Assembly: GCA_963771175.1 (NCBI GenBank)
Contig: CAVYSY010000050.1
Span: forward strand, 32,001-96,000
Direction: 5' to 3'
Length of the DNA: 64,000 nucleotides
Source of the DNA: an uncultured delta proteobacterium
Lineage (GTDB): Bacteria; Myxococcota; Myxococcia; Myxococcales; Myxococcaceae
Positions 39,531 to 51,704 of the stretch are shown one piece after another. Every line of letters begins with the position of its first letter. Position 1 is the stretch's first letter. Position numbers and translations under genes: made by a program. A model generated the notes under the pieces. The model searched no databases, was not told the DNA's origin, and saw nothing but the letters and a program-made list of their open reading frames with translations.

Positions 39531-39575
39531 GGCTCCGGGTTGTCCCGCTGGGCGTCAGGCTACGTCTATTGGCTA

Positions 39576-40420
39576 TCAAGAGAAAAGCAGCTTTTCCAGG
39601 GCGGCGCGGGCCTCGGGCGTGAGGCGGTGTCCCACGAGCTGCAACCCGCGCCGTGACAGGGGCCGGTAGACTTCGGCCGCTTCGGGCGGAAGCGCCGCGA
39701 GATGTGCCGCCACCACTCCCGAATCTCCCCGGGCGATCGGCCCGGTGTACCCGGCCGCCAGCCCGCGAGCCTCCACGCCCCGCAGCGCCGAGCGCGTCAG
39801 TGGCAGCAGCGCGGCGAGCGCGTCCTCCTCGGAGATGCCGGCGACTCGGAAGGCCTCCACCGCCGCCGAGAGGGCCGCCACCACTCCACCCGCGCTCAGC
39901 ACGGCTCCGGCGTGGTAGGCGGCGCGGTGCTTCTCCGGCACCCGCAGGGCGTGCAGCCCCACGTCCCTGGCCATCTCGCTCCAGCGTCTCGCGCAGCCAC
40001 CGGGAGCGCGGTACTGACGGCCACTGAGTTCCCCGCCAGCGAGTCGCGCGGATCCGACACCGCGACCAGCGGATGGAAGGAGCCCAACACCCGCCCGCGT
40101 GGAGCACCCAGCGCCTCCAGCGAGAGCGCGCCCGCGCAGTGCACCAGCGCGGCACCGCGTGCCAGCCGGGGCTTCAGCTCCTCGGCCACCGTGGGCACGG
40201 TCTTGTCCGGCACGCACAGGAGACACACCCGCGCCTGGGCCACGTCCTTCTCGGAGGCGGGCTTCAGCCCCAGCTCCAGGGCCCGGCGCCGGCTCTCCTC
40301 GGAGCGCGCCAGCACTCGCACGGGCCAGCGCTTCGCGGCGAGCGCGAGGGCCAGCGCTCCTCCCAGCCGGCCCACGCCCACCACCACCACCCGCGGGCGA
40401 CTGGGACGCGTGGGGCTCAC
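39576..40420 (-). CDS. Rossmann-like + DUF2520 oxidoreductase, frameshift near 39995
   Basis: VGVGRLG, LCVPD, HCAGA, SFHPL in one frame; YHAGAV, TGPIARGD in the next. Confidence 0.85.
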
Positions 40421-40423
40421 GGG

Positions 40424-43026
40424 CTAGCGGCTCTCACGCTCGAAGAGCAGCTCGCCGGCCTGCACCGCCACCCGCACCCGGTCTCCCGACATGAACTCGC
40501 CGGCCAGGATCCGCTCGGCCAGGGGCGCCTCCACGAGCCGCTGCACCATCTGACGCATCGGCCGGGCGCCCAGCTTCGGATCGAACCCGCCCGACTTCAT
40601 CAGCAGGTCCACCACGGCCGCCTCGGCCACGTACTCGATGCCCTTCTCCGACACGAGCCGCCGGCTGCTCTCCTCCAGCAGCAGCGTGGCGATCCGCGCC
40701 ACCTCCACCTCGGCCAGCGGCCGGAAGGGGAGCCGCTCGTCGATGCGGTTCCACAGCTCGGGCGGGAGGGCCTGGCGCGCGGCGGCGCTGGCCGAGTCCA
40801 TGTCGCTCTGGCCCTTGGTCTCCGCCGCGGCCGCGTTCCCGAAGCCCAGCGTGCGGCTGGTCTTGTGGAAGGCCTCCGCGCCCAGGTTGGTGGTCAGGAC
40901 GATCACCGTGTTCGAGAAGTCGATGTGGCGGCCCTTGCCGTCGGTGAGGCGGCCCTCCTCGAGCACCTGGAGCAGGAGCATCTGCACCTCGCGGTGGGCC
41001 TTCTCGATCTCGTCCAGCACCACCACGCACGAGGGCCGGCGGCGCACCGGCTCGGTGAGCTGGCCACCGTCGCCGTAGCCCACGTAGCCCGCGGGCGCGC
41101 CGATGAGCCGGGAGACGCCGTGCCCCTCGGACATCTCGCTCATGTCCAGGCGCACCAGCGCGTCCTGGTTGCCGAACAGCACCTCGGCCAGGGCGCGCGC
41201 CATCTCCGTCTTGCCCACGCCCGTGGGGCCCAGGAAGAGGAAGGAGCCCATGGGCCGGCGCGAGGCGAAGCCCGCGTAGTTGCGGCGGATGACTCGGGCG
41301 ATGCGCGAGATGGCCTCCTCGTGGCCGATGACGCGCTCGCCCAGGTCCGCCTCCAGCCGCAGCAGCCGCGCCGAGTCCGTCATCAGCAGGCGCTCCTCGG
41401 GGATGCCGGCGATCTTCGCCACCACGCGCGCCACGTCCGCGGCCTCCACCAGCTCCTTGCCCTCGCGCCGGCAGCGCGAGCCGGCCAGGTCCACCACCGA
41501 GATGGCCTTGTCCGGCATGAAGCGGTCCGTCACGTAGCGCGAGGCCAGCGAGGCGGCGGCCTCCAGCGACTCGGGGGCGTAGCGCAGGCCGTGGTGCTCC
41601 TCGTAGCGGCCGATGATGCCCTGGAGGATCTCCACCGTCTCGGGCACCGAGGGCTCGTGCACCACCACCGAGGTGAAGCGCCGCTCCAGCGCCGGATCGC
41701 TGCGAGATGAACTTGCGGTACTCGTCGTGCGTGGTGGCGCCGATGCAGGGGAACTCGCCGCGCGCCATCGCCGTCTTCAGCTCGTTGGCCGCGTCCTGCG
41801 GGCCCTCGCCGGTGGAGCCCGCGCCCACCAGCGTGTGGATCTCGTCGATGAAGACCACCACGCGCCCGTCCGCGCGCTTCACCTCGTCCTTGAGGGCGTT
41901 GAGCTTCTCGGAGAACGAGCCGCGGAGCTGCGTGCCGGCCACCAGCGTGGCCATGTCCAGCTCGAGGACGATCTTCTCGGCCAGGGCGCCGCGCAGCTCC
42001 AGCAGGCGCTGGGCCACGCCCTCCACCACGGCCGTCTTGCCCACGCCCGGCTCGCCCAGCAGGCAGGGGTTGTTGGTGCGCCGCTTGCCGAGGATGTCGA
42101 TGATCTCCTCGATCTCCTTGGCGCGGCCCACCACCGGGTCCAGCTTCCCCTCCTGGGCGAGCCGGCTCAGGTTGCGGCCCAGCGAGGTGAGCATCGGGAA
42201 GCGCTTCTCGTCGAGCACCAGCGGGGCGGCGGTGCGGTGCGGGGCGGCCGGGCGCGGCGCGGGAGCAGGAGCGGGCTGGGACGGGGCCGGAGCCAGGACG
42301 GCCGGGGTCGGCGGCGGGGTGCGAGTCGGCGCCGGGGGCGCGGGAGGCGCGGCCGGAGTCAGGGCGGCGGGGACCGGCGGCGGGGTGCGCGTCGGCGCCG
42401 GGGCACCGGCGTGGGCTCGGGGCATCGAGCGCGTCCTCGTGGACCTCGTCGATGAGGTCACGCGGGGAGATGGCGGGCCTGGACGGTGGCCGGGGTGGCG
42501 CGAGGGCGGGGCGCGGCATGCTCACCGCGAGGGCGGAGGCAGGCGGAGCCGAGGGCGGGGCACCCAGGGGCCGGGTCGGACGGGGCATGGCCACCGTGGT
42601 GGCGGTGCGGCCCGGCTGGAACCGGCGGGGCGTGTTCCCGCTGAGGCAGTAGGAGAGGGCGGTGTTGCCCAGGGTAGTAAGGTGCAGGCCCGTCTTCGAC
42701 AGCAGCTCGCTGGCGGCGCACCGCATCCGGGTGAAGGCCACGAGCAGGTGCAGGCAGTCCGTCTCCCGGGCGCCGCTGCTCTGGGCGATCTCCCTCGCCC
42801 TCATGCACAGCTCGCGGACGAGCCCGTCCTGCTCCGAGGGCTGGGACGTCATCGTCTCGAGGAGGCTGTCTTCGTCGATGCCCTTGTCCTTGAGGAGGAG
42901 CTGTGCCCGGTTCTCCACCGTGAAGAGAGCCAGCAGCAGGTGTGCCGAGGTGAGCTTTTGTGCCACGCTCTGGGCGATGTCGTTGGCTTCGTGGAGTACC
43001 TGGGCGAGATCCGTGCTGTCGACCAT
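40424..43026 (-). CDS. ClpA/ClpC-like ATP-dependent Clp protease ATPase, two frameshifts (about 42450 and 41700)
   Basis: Clp-N repeats (HLLLAL), LDPVVGR, GEPGVGKT, FIDEIH, IGATT, GPTGVGKT, RLDMSE, LDEIEKAH, GARP. Confidence 0.92.
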
Positions 43027-43233
43027 TCGAACTCCGGCAGGCGAGCAGCCGAGCACATACACCCTTCGGATCCGTGCGGCAAAATTTCCGCTACAGCTCG
43101 CTACATCTTCCACCCCCCACGTGGTCGAATCCGGGAATCAAGTGCCTGCTTGCCAGTTGCGGGGGCCCGTTGTCATCCGGCTTGCAATAGCGCGCCTGCC
43201 TGGGCGTACATCCCGTCGCCCCGAACACCTCTT

Positions 43234-43977
43234 ATGAGCTCACTCGTCCAACCCGCCCGCGTGCTCCTCGACCCGCTCGATGCGACAGGCGCCGCCATCG
43301 AGGCCCGCCGCTGGCTGTGGCCTCTCCTCTTCCTCGTCGCGTGCGTGTCCGCTTCTGGGACAGCCTTTTCCCTCCGCTGGGACGCCGGGCCCTCGGTGGT
43401 GCAGGAACTACAGATGACCGGCAAGCTCGAGCGGATGACCGAGACGGAGATCGCCGAGGAGATCCAGACCGCTTCGCGCAAGGCGCTGGTGGGCGGGATC
43501 GCCAAGGGCGTCTTCGTGATGCCGCTGCTGGCGCTGCTGCTGGCGGCGGCGCTGTGGGTGGCCGGGTGGCTGTTCGAGACGCCCGCGCCCTTCGCCCAGC
43601 TGATGACGGCGGCGGCGCTGGCCCTGCTGCCCATCGCGCTCTACCACCTCATCTTCGCCGTCTGCGCGCTGGTACAGCACTCGCTCTCGCTGGCCCGCGT
43701 GCCGGAGCTGGTGCCCTCGAGCCTGGCGGCGCTCCAGGGGCTATCCCCCAAGCTGAAGAGGGTGCTGGCGGCGGTGGACTTCTTCAACCTGTGGAGCGTG
43801 GGGCTGCTGGGACTCGGCTTCTCCTCGGCCACGGGCATGCGTCGCGGTCGGGCGCTGCTGCTGTGCTTCGTGCTCTACGTCATGTACGTCGGGGTGTTCT
43901 CCATTGGTCTGCCCGAGCTGATGGCCGGAGGTGCTGGCGGTCCGGGTGGTCGGCGTGGTCCGGGAGGTGGACGATGA
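43234..43977 (+). CDS. Yip1 domain membrane protein
   Basis: Multi-TM, DFFNLW motif, first gene of exporter operon. Confidence 0.82.
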   Translation: MSSLVQPARVLLDPLDATGAAIEARRWLWPLLFLVACVSASGTAFSLRWDAGPSVVQELQMTGKLERMTETEIAEEIQTASRKALVGGIAKGVFVMPLLALLLAAALWVAGWLFETPAPFAQLMTAAALALLPIALYHLIFAVCALVQHSLSLARVPELVPSSLAALQGLSPKLKRVLAAVDFFNLWSVGLLGLGFSSATGMRRGRALLLCFVLYVMYVGVFSIGLPELMAGGAGGPGGRRGPGGGR

Positions 43978-45290
43978 ACTCGCTCTTGCTCGTGGCGGTG
44001 CTCGCCGCCACCCCCATCCGCCTGGAGGATGCGCGCGCCCGGAGCCGGGAGAACACCCAGGCGATGACCGCCATCCTGAACTCCTATGCCGCCGAGCAGG
44101 ACGTGCGGGTGGCCCGCTCGTCGCTGCTGCCGCAGCTCGGCTTCCGTGGCGGTGCGACCTGGAACCGCTACGGCCCGGCGGTCACCCTCGTGCAGACCGA
44201 GAGCGGCGGTTTCGCACAGGCGCCGGTGGACGCGCCGGCTTTCACCAGCAGCAACTACAACCTCGCCTTGTCCCTCTCGCAGCTCCTCTATGACCGGTCC
44301 GTCTGGGCGCGGCTGGGCCAGAGCAAGGCCCAGCTCGAGGCGCAGCGGGGGGAGGCGTGCGAGCAGCAGGATGCCGCGGAGCTGGAGGGCATCCAGCGCT
44401 TCTTCGCCCTCTTCCGCACCCAGGCCACCATCCAGGTGCTGCTGAAGAACGTGGAGCGCAGTGAGCAGCAGCTCGAGCGCGCCCGGGCCCTCTTCGAGGC
44501 GGGCCGGGTGGGCAAGAGCGAGGAGCTGTCCGCGCTGGTGAACCTGGGCAATGATCGCATCGCCGTGGTGGAGCGGCGGGGGCAGCTCGCGGTGGACCAG
44601 GCGCTGCTCTCCACGTGGCTGGCCCTGCCGGGGGCGGTGCCGCTGGAGGCGGTTGAGCCGGGCGTGCTGTCCCAGCCGGCGCCGCCGGTGCCGGACCTGC
44701 AGCAGGCCCTGAACGAGGCGAAGGCCCGCCGGCCACTGCTGGAAGCCCTGCGGCAGCGGATTCGTGCCGCTGAGTTGCAGCGGAGCATCGCCCAGGGCGG
44801 CTACCTGCCGCGGCTGTCCGTCTCGGGAACCTACCAGCGCGGTGGCCCGAGCGCGGACGCCGTCTTCACCCAGCCGCGACTGCAGAACGTGGTGAGTGGT
44901 GGCGTCAACCTGCAGTGGGACATCTTCAATGGCTTCTCCACGCATGCGCAGTCGCGCCGGGCGAGTTCCTGACGCGGGTGGCCGAGCTGAACCTCTCGCA
45001 GTCGGAGCGCGAGCTGGAGGGGGCGGTGCGGCAGGCTCACGAGGCGCTGCTGTCGCAGATCGCCGCCGCGGAGCTCTCCGAGGCCAACCGCAAGGCGGCC
45101 GCCGACTCGCTGATGCTGGCCACGGAGCGCTTCAAGGCCGGCGTCAGCTCGACGCTGGAGGTGCGTGACGCGCAGCTCAAGCTGACGCAGGCCGAGCTGA
45201 GCCTGCTGGAGAACCGGATCGACGTGGAAGTCGCCCGCTCCGCGCTGAAGCGGGCCATGGGCACTGCTGGCTTCGGGGGACGCGAAATGA
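43974..45290 (+). CDS. TolC family outer membrane efflux protein (frameshifted near 44960 and 45265)
   Basis: ARSSLLPQL, YLPRLS, QWDIFNG, ERFKAGVSSTLEVRDAQ. Confidence 0.88.
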
Positions 45291-46560
45291 AGTGGTGGAA
45301 GGCAGTCATCGCAGGCGGTACTGTTTCTCGGCGCGGTGGCCATCACCGTGGGGGGGCTGAAGGACCGTCCCCCGCCCACGGTCGAGGTCGCAGGTGGCCA
45401 AGGCTCGCAAGGGCACCATCACCCGCACCATCACCGGCGCGGGCAAGGTGCAGGCGGCCACCACGGTGAAGATCTCCTCCAACCTCTCCGGCGACCTGAT
45501 CGAGCTGCTGGTGAAGGAGGGGGACAAGGTCACGAAGGGCCAGGTGCTGGGCCGCATCGACCGCGCCGCTTCGAGGCCGGCGACGAAGCAGGCGCTGGCC
45601 GCGCAGAACGCGGCGCGCTCGGACGTCCAGGTGGCCCAGGTGGAGGTGGACCGCACCGCGGCCGAGCTGGACCGGGTGGAGGGCCTGGTGCAAGAAGGGC
45701 ATGGCCTCGGCGGCCGAGGTGGAGCAGGCGCAGGCCGACCAGCGGACGTCGCGCCGCGGCCCGGCTGGCGTCGCGCCCAGCAGCGGCTCGGCCCAGGCCG
45801 CCGCCGTCTGCGAGGAGGCGCAGAACAACCTCGTCCAAGACCACGCTGCTCTCGCCCATCGACGGCACGGTCATCGAGCTGTCGCGCGAGGTCGGCGAGC
45901 GGGTGCGCGGCTCGGACTTCTCCGAGGACGTGGTGATGACCATCGCCGCGCTGAACACCATGGAGGTGAAGATCGAGGTGGGCGAGCACGAGGTGGTGCA
46001 CCTCAAGCCCGGCCAGACGGCCGAGATCTCGCGTGGACGCGCTCGAGGGCGCAGACCTTCGAGGGCACGGTGGTGGAGATCGCCCAGAAGGCGCTCATCA
46101 AGAACCCGGGCACCGAGGCCGAGGTGACCACCTTCCCGGTGACGGTGGCGCTCACCTCGCGGCCGCCGGGCGTGCTGCCGGGCATGAGCGCCGAGGTGCG
46201 CATCACCGCCGAGACGCACGACGAGACGGTGCTCGTCCCCATCCAGGCGGTGACGGTGCGCCCGGAGAAGACGCTGCCGGACTCCAAGCCGCCGGTGGAG
46301 GGCACGGGCCTCACGGCGAACCGCCAGCGCCGAGACGCTGGCCAAGGTGGTCTTCGTGGTGGACGAGGACAACAAGGCGCAGGCGCGCCGGGTGCGCACC
46401 GGCATCGCCTCCGACACCGACCTGGAGATCCTCGAGGGCCTGGAGGAGGGGGACCAGGTGGTCGAGGGCCCGTACCGCACGCTGTCCAAGGAGCTGAAGG
46501 ACGGCGACACGGTGAGCGAGCCGAAGCCGGGTGGGCCGGGCGGGAAGAAGTCGCGAGCGA
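45287..46560 (+). CDS. Efflux periplasmic adaptor (MacA-like), multiple frameshifts
   Basis: [44 protein letters not shown] spread over several frames; end approximate. Confidence 0.85.
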
Positions 46561-46584
46561 CGCCAACGGCGCCGGGACGCCACC

Positions 46585-47318
46585 ATGCTCATCGACGTCG
46601 AGGACATCACCCGCGTCTACCACGTGGGCGGCGAGGAGGTGCACGCGCTGCGCGGCGTCACCTTCGGCATCGAGCCGCGGCGAGTGGGTGGCCATCATCG
46701 GCCAGTCCGGCTCGGGCAAGAGCACGCTGATGAACGTGCTGGGCTGCCTGGACACGCCCACCAGCGGGCGCTACCTGCTCAACGGCAAGGACGTGTCGCG
46801 CATGTCGCGACGACGAGCTGGCCGACATCCGCAACCGGGAGATCGGCTTCATCTTCCAGACCTTCCAGCTGCTGCCGCGCGAGACGGCGCTGGCCAACGT
46901 GGAGCTGCCGCTCGTCTACCGGGGCATCAAGGCCAAGGAGCGGCGCGAGCGGGCCCAGGCGGCGCTGGAGAAGGTGGGCCTGGAGCACCGCATGCACCAC
47001 CGGCCCAACGAGCTCTCCGGCGGACAGCGCCAGCGCGTGGCCATCGCCCGGGCGCTGGTGGCCGAGCCCTCCCTGCTGCTCGCGGACGAGCCCACCGGCA
47101 ACCTGGACTCGGCCACCGGCGAGGAGATCGTCCGGCTGTTCGAGGAGCTGCACCGCGCGGGCCACACCCTGGTGCTGGTGACGCACGAGCCGAAGCTGGC
47201 GGCGCGCTGCCCGCGGGCCATCCGGCTCAGCGACGGGCAGATCGTCGCGGACGGCCCCGGACGCGAGGTGGCCCTGGGCGAGGGGTACGCTCTCCAGGCG
47301 GCCGTGGGGGGCGCATGA
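46585..47318 (+). CDS. ABC transporter ATP-binding protein (MacB/LolD-like), frameshifted
   Basis: [44 protein letters not shown]. Confidence 0.92.
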
Positions 47319-48555
47319 GCGTCCGCGTCGACGTGCTCGAGGGGGCGCGCATCGCGCTCTACTCGCTGGGGGCCAACCGGCTGCGCACGGTGCTCACCAC
47401 CGTGGGCATCGGCATCGGCGTGGCCACGCTGCTGGCCATCGTCGGCATCATCCAGGGGCTCAACAGCTCCTTCGCGAAGCAGCTCGCCACCATCGGCTCC
47501 AACACCCTCTACGTCTCCAAGTGGCCCTGGGTGCATGACGGGCGACTGGTGGAAGTACCGCAACCGGAAGAACTTCACCCTGCCGCACGTGGAGCAGATC
47601 CGCGCGCAGTCGACCTACATCTCCGGCATCGTCGCCCACGGTGGGCCGCAACGCGGACGTGGCCTTCGGTGGACGAGCAGCTCTCGGAGGTGGAGATCAC
47701 CGGGGCGACGCCGAGTTACCTGCAGCCATCGGGCCTTCGAGGTGACGAACGGGCGCTTCCTCACCGAGGCGGACGACGCCGTCACGCCGGCCGGTGGCGG
47801 TCATCGGGGCCGACGTGGCGGAGGGGCTCTTCCCGGGGTCGATCCCGTGGGCGCGCACCATCCGCATCGACAACCAGCCCTTCCAGGTGGTCGGCGTCGC
47901 TGGCGCGCAAGGGGAAGATCCTGGAGGACGAGCCAGGACCTGACGGTGATCATCCCCTTCAAGACCTTCCGCTCCACCTTCGGCAAGAGCCGGGGCTTCA
48001 GCATCGCCATCTCCATCGAGCGCTCGGAGGAGCATGAGCAAGGCGGAGGACCAGCTCGTGGGCATCATGCGCCGCGTGCGGGCCACGCCCCCGGGGGACC
48101 CGGACGACTTCAGCATCAACCGCCCGGAGCAGCTGGCGCAACACCTACAACGCAGCTCACCGGCGCGCTCTACGGCGTGGCGGTGGGCATCGGGCTCATC
48201 ACCCTGCTGGTGGGCGGCATCGGCATCATGAACATCATGCTGGTGTCGGTGCGCGAGCGGACGCGGGAGATCGGCATCCGGCGGGCGCTGGGGGCGCGCA
48301 AGCGCACCATCGTCCTGCAGTTCCTGCTCGAGGCGACCGCGGTCTCGGCGGTGGGCGGGCTCGCTGGGCACGGTGGTGGGGCTGGGGACGGCGCAAGGTG
48401 GTCTCCGCGATCACCCCGCTCGCGGCCGACGTGCAGCCGCGTCACCATCGTCGGCGGCATCGTCTTCGCCGCGCCTGGTGGGCCTGATCTTCGGCATCTG
48501 GCCGGCGGCGCGCGCCGCGAACCTCGACCCGGTCGAAGCGCTCCGCTACGAGTGA
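47315..48555 (+). CDS. MacB/FtsX-type ABC permease 1, multiple frameshifts
   Basis: [55 protein letters not shown]. Confidence 0.88.
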
Positions 48556-48561
48556 GCACGC

Positions 48562-49813
48562 ATGTCCGACGCTTCGAGGCGCCTTCTGGCGTCGACAACC
48601 TGCGGCTGGCCCTGGGCACCTTCCTCGCGCAACCCGCTGCGCTCGCTGCTGACGCTGCTGGGCATCGTCATCGGCGTGGCCACCGTGGTCACGATGATGG
48701 CGCTCATCGAGGGGCTGCGGATCAAGGTGAACAACGACCTGTCTCAGCTCGGCGCCAACATCTTCCAGGTGACCAAGTGGCCCGTCGGGCTTCGGCCGGC
48801 GTGAACTGGCAGAAGTACGCCAAGCGGCCGGACCTGACGCTCGAGGACCTGCGGGCCATCCGGGAGCGTGCCCCTCGGTGACGCGGGTCGTCCTCGGCGG
48901 ACACCGAGGGCGGGCAGAAGGTCTCCACCGCCAGCCGTGGAGACCCGCCCCACGGTGCTCGTCACGGGCGCCACGCCCGAGTACATCGACACCAGCGGCA
49001 TCACCGTCGCCTCGGGGCGCTTCTTCGGCGAGACCGACGAGGTGGACGGGCGGCAGGTGGCGGTGCTCGGCCTGGACGTGGCGGACCCGCTCTTCCCGGG
49101 CATGGAGCCGCTCGGCCAGGAGCTGCGCCTCAAGGGCCGGCCCTTCACCGTGATCGGCGTGCTCGAGCGGCGCGGCAGCTTCCTGGGCATGGTGAGCATG
49201 GACAACGTGGTCATCGTGCCGCTGCGCACCTTCGAGACGCTCTACGGCGACGAGCGCTCGCTGGGCCTCAACGTCCAGGCGCATCGCCGGAGCTGCTCGA
49301 GAAGGCGCAGGACGAGGTGACGGCCCTGCTGCGCCGGCGGCGCGACGTGCCGCCGCTGGAGCCCAACGACTTCGAGGTGAACACCAACGAGTCGATGACC
49401 AAGACCTTCAACAACCTGTCCCAGGTCATCACCGTGGCGAGCTTCGGGGTGTGCCTGCTGTCGCTGGTGGTGGGCGGCATCGGCATCCTCAACATCATGC
49501 TGGTGACGGTGACCGAGCGGACGCGGGAGATCGGCATCCGCAAGGCGCTGGGGGCGCGCAAGCGGCGCGCATCCTCGGGCAGTTCGCCACCGAGGCGGTG
49601 ATGCTCTCGCTGTTCGGCGGCGCCATCGGCGTGGGGCTGGGCTTCGGGCTGGCCTTCCTCGCGCGCTGGATGCTGGGCTTCCCCACCGTGGTGCCCGCCT
49701 GGGCGGTGGCGCTGTCGCTGGGGATGAGCTCCGGCGTGGGGCTGGTGTTCGGCATCTACCCCGCGGCGCGCGCGGCGCGGCTGGACCCGGTCGAGGCGAT
49801 GCGCTCGGAGTAG
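48562..49813 (+). CDS. MacB/FtsX-type ABC permease 2, multiple frameshifts
   Basis: [56 protein letters not shown]. Confidence 0.88.
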
Positions 49814-49825
49814 GGCAGGGGGCCG

Positions 49826-49870
49826 CTACTTCGCGGCGGCCACGCCCACCGGGCAGCTCACCCCGGTGCC
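49826..49870 (-). pseudogene. msrA: msrA 3'-terminal remnant
   Basis: Encodes GTGVSCPVGVAAAK*, matching the MsrA C-terminal GYCGxGGTGVSCPxG motif. Confidence 0.72.
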
Positions 49871-50015
49871 ATCCATGCCGCTGGACTCGAAGCCCCCTTT
49901 TTCACTCGCGATTCCTCGAAAGGCGTGTGCCGTACCCGAAGTGCGGCAGCTTAACGAACCTGTCCACGAAATCGGGGCAAACCCATGCAGAAGAGCGCCC
50001 CCAGGAGTCCCGCGA

Positions 50016-51704
50016 ATGCCTGTGATGAAGATGAAGAACGCTTCCACGCTGTCCGACCCGAAGGCGCCGACCGGTCCGGTGCTCGAGGGGATGTCCGGAA
50101 GACAGAAGACGGTCAAGCCGTTGACGGAGCGCGCGTATGCGCAGATTGCGCAGGAGCTCAAGAATCAGCTCGTCCGGCAAGGCAAGCGGCAGGCGTTCTT
50201 TCAAACGCAGCCGGGCACACTTCCAGCCGTCGATCCGAAGCTCGGCTTCTTGCTCAAGCGAGCGAAGATTCCTCGTGTGCTCGCGCAGAAGATGGCGGAC
50301 CTGACCGAGGGCTATCACAAGCAGATGAGGGCGCTGCTCGACGCCATCGACACCGTCAACGACGAGGATTCCGAGCTTGCAGCCCCGGAGCTGCAGGGCA
50401 TCTTCGAGAAGAGCCGCATGACGGCGGAGCGGTTTCAAGAAGCGATGGAGGGCATCGAGGAGGTCTACGCGCAGCTCCGCACCGAGAGCAGCAAGGCGGT
50501 GTTCGAGGCGTTCATGGCCATCGAGGCCCTCTCGACAGACGCATCGACTAAACAGCAACTCGTGACCAGGCTCTTTCAGAAATACGGGATAGAATACAGC
50601 CTCGGTACCAACTCCAACGGCTCGACCTCATTCACCAAGCTTGCGCCCGAGCAGACGCTGCTGCCGCTCATGAAGGGCGCCAACGTCTACGAAAACAAGC
50701 AGAAGGCTTTCGAGTATCTGCTCAGTTCGCAAACCAAGGTCAACAAGTCATCGGAGCGACAGAATCAGGCAACGACGGACGATGGCACGGTCATCGAGAT
50801 GCTGCACCAGGTGCAGCCGAGATATGAAGCGAGTGTCTTCAGCGATCACGCAGGTTTCGTCGCGAAGTTCTCGCGCATCAAGGGCGACAGCCCGCCGCTG
50901 TATGTCTATTACCACTCGCTCGAGCACGGCCATCAGCACACAACCACGCGAACAGCATGGAACTATGGTTCGCAGAACAGCTTGAACGTGTTCATGCAGG
51001 GCTCGGGCGCATTCAATCTAGGGAATGCCAAGACCCTGGCTGTGCACGACCCGCGCTCGGCGTACCTGGACAACCTGAGGACTGGCCTATTCGACACGCT
51101 GTTCAGGCTCACCAACCGTGACCAGGCGAACCTGCTCCTCATCGTCGGGGAGTGCACGCTGTCCATCCATGAGCAGCTCCTCGACCTGGTCTTGCAGTTC
51201 GATCTGAACCTCGGGAACAGTCAGCGGGAACGGTTCCCGCTGAACAAACACAACGTGCATGGCACGCCGACGCAGGCCCCTGGCTACGACCTGAAGGTCA
51301 TCAACGCCAGCAAGACCGAAGACTCGAAGGGGACGGACTCCGACGGCCTCGGTGTGCACGCCTTCATGGCCTACATGTTCCTGAACACCAAGATCGCCAA
51401 ATCAGGCTTCGATCTGGAGCCGTGCCTGCTGACGCTCAAGGATGGCACCCGCCAGAACATGCTGAGCCTCACCTATGGCCCCAAGAACGAGCGCCATGCC
51501 TTCGCACACCTGCTGAACAAGAAAGAAAACGCACTGGCCAACGAGCTGTCCAAGTGTGGCTACGTGAGCGTGGGCGGCGACCTGAACAACATCACCGTCG
51601 GCACCGATCTGGTCGAGACCATCAACGACACCAGCACGCACATAAGCATGGGGAGCAACTCCACTGCGAGCACGATGTACGACAAGATCACGCTGCTGCC
51701 TTGA
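50016..51704 (+). CDS. Orphan protein, helical N-terminus + possible EEP (DNase I-like) C-terminal domain
   Basis: AGGAG RBS; lower GC; motif order WN...IVGE...AHL...GGDLN...YDKI. Confidence 0.75.
   Translation: MPVMKMKNASTLSDPKAPTGPVLEGMSGRQKTVKPLTERAYAQIAQELKNQLVRQGKRQAFFQTQPGTLPAVDPKLGFLLKRAKIPRVLAQKMADLTEGYHKQMRALLDAIDTVNDEDSELAAPELQGIFEKSRMTAERFQEAMEGIEEVYAQLRTESSKAVFEAFMAIEALSTDASTKQQLVTRLFQKYGIEYSLGTNSNGSTSFTKLAPEQTLLPLMKGANVYENKQKAFEYLLSSQTKVNKSSERQNQATTDDGTVIEMLHQVQPRYEASVFSDHAGFVAKFSRIKGDSPPLYVYYHSLEHGHQHTTTRTAWNYGSQNSLNVFMQGSGAFNLGNAKTLAVHDPRSAYLDNLRTGLFDTLFRLTNRDQANLLLIVGECTLSIHEQLLDLVLQFDLNLGNSQRERFPLNKHNVHGTPTQAPGYDLKVINASKTEDSKGTDSDGLGVHAFMAYMFLNTKIAKSGFDLEPCLLTLKDGTRQNMLSLTYGPKNERHAFAHLLNKKENALANELSKCGYVSVGGDLNNITVGTDLVETINDTSTHISMGSNSTASTMYDKITLLP

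Noticed and set aside
44950..49570. Programmed frameshifting or true pseudogenisation
   Set aside because: Too many scattered indels, no consistent slippery sites, and motifs intact; sequencing error is more likely.
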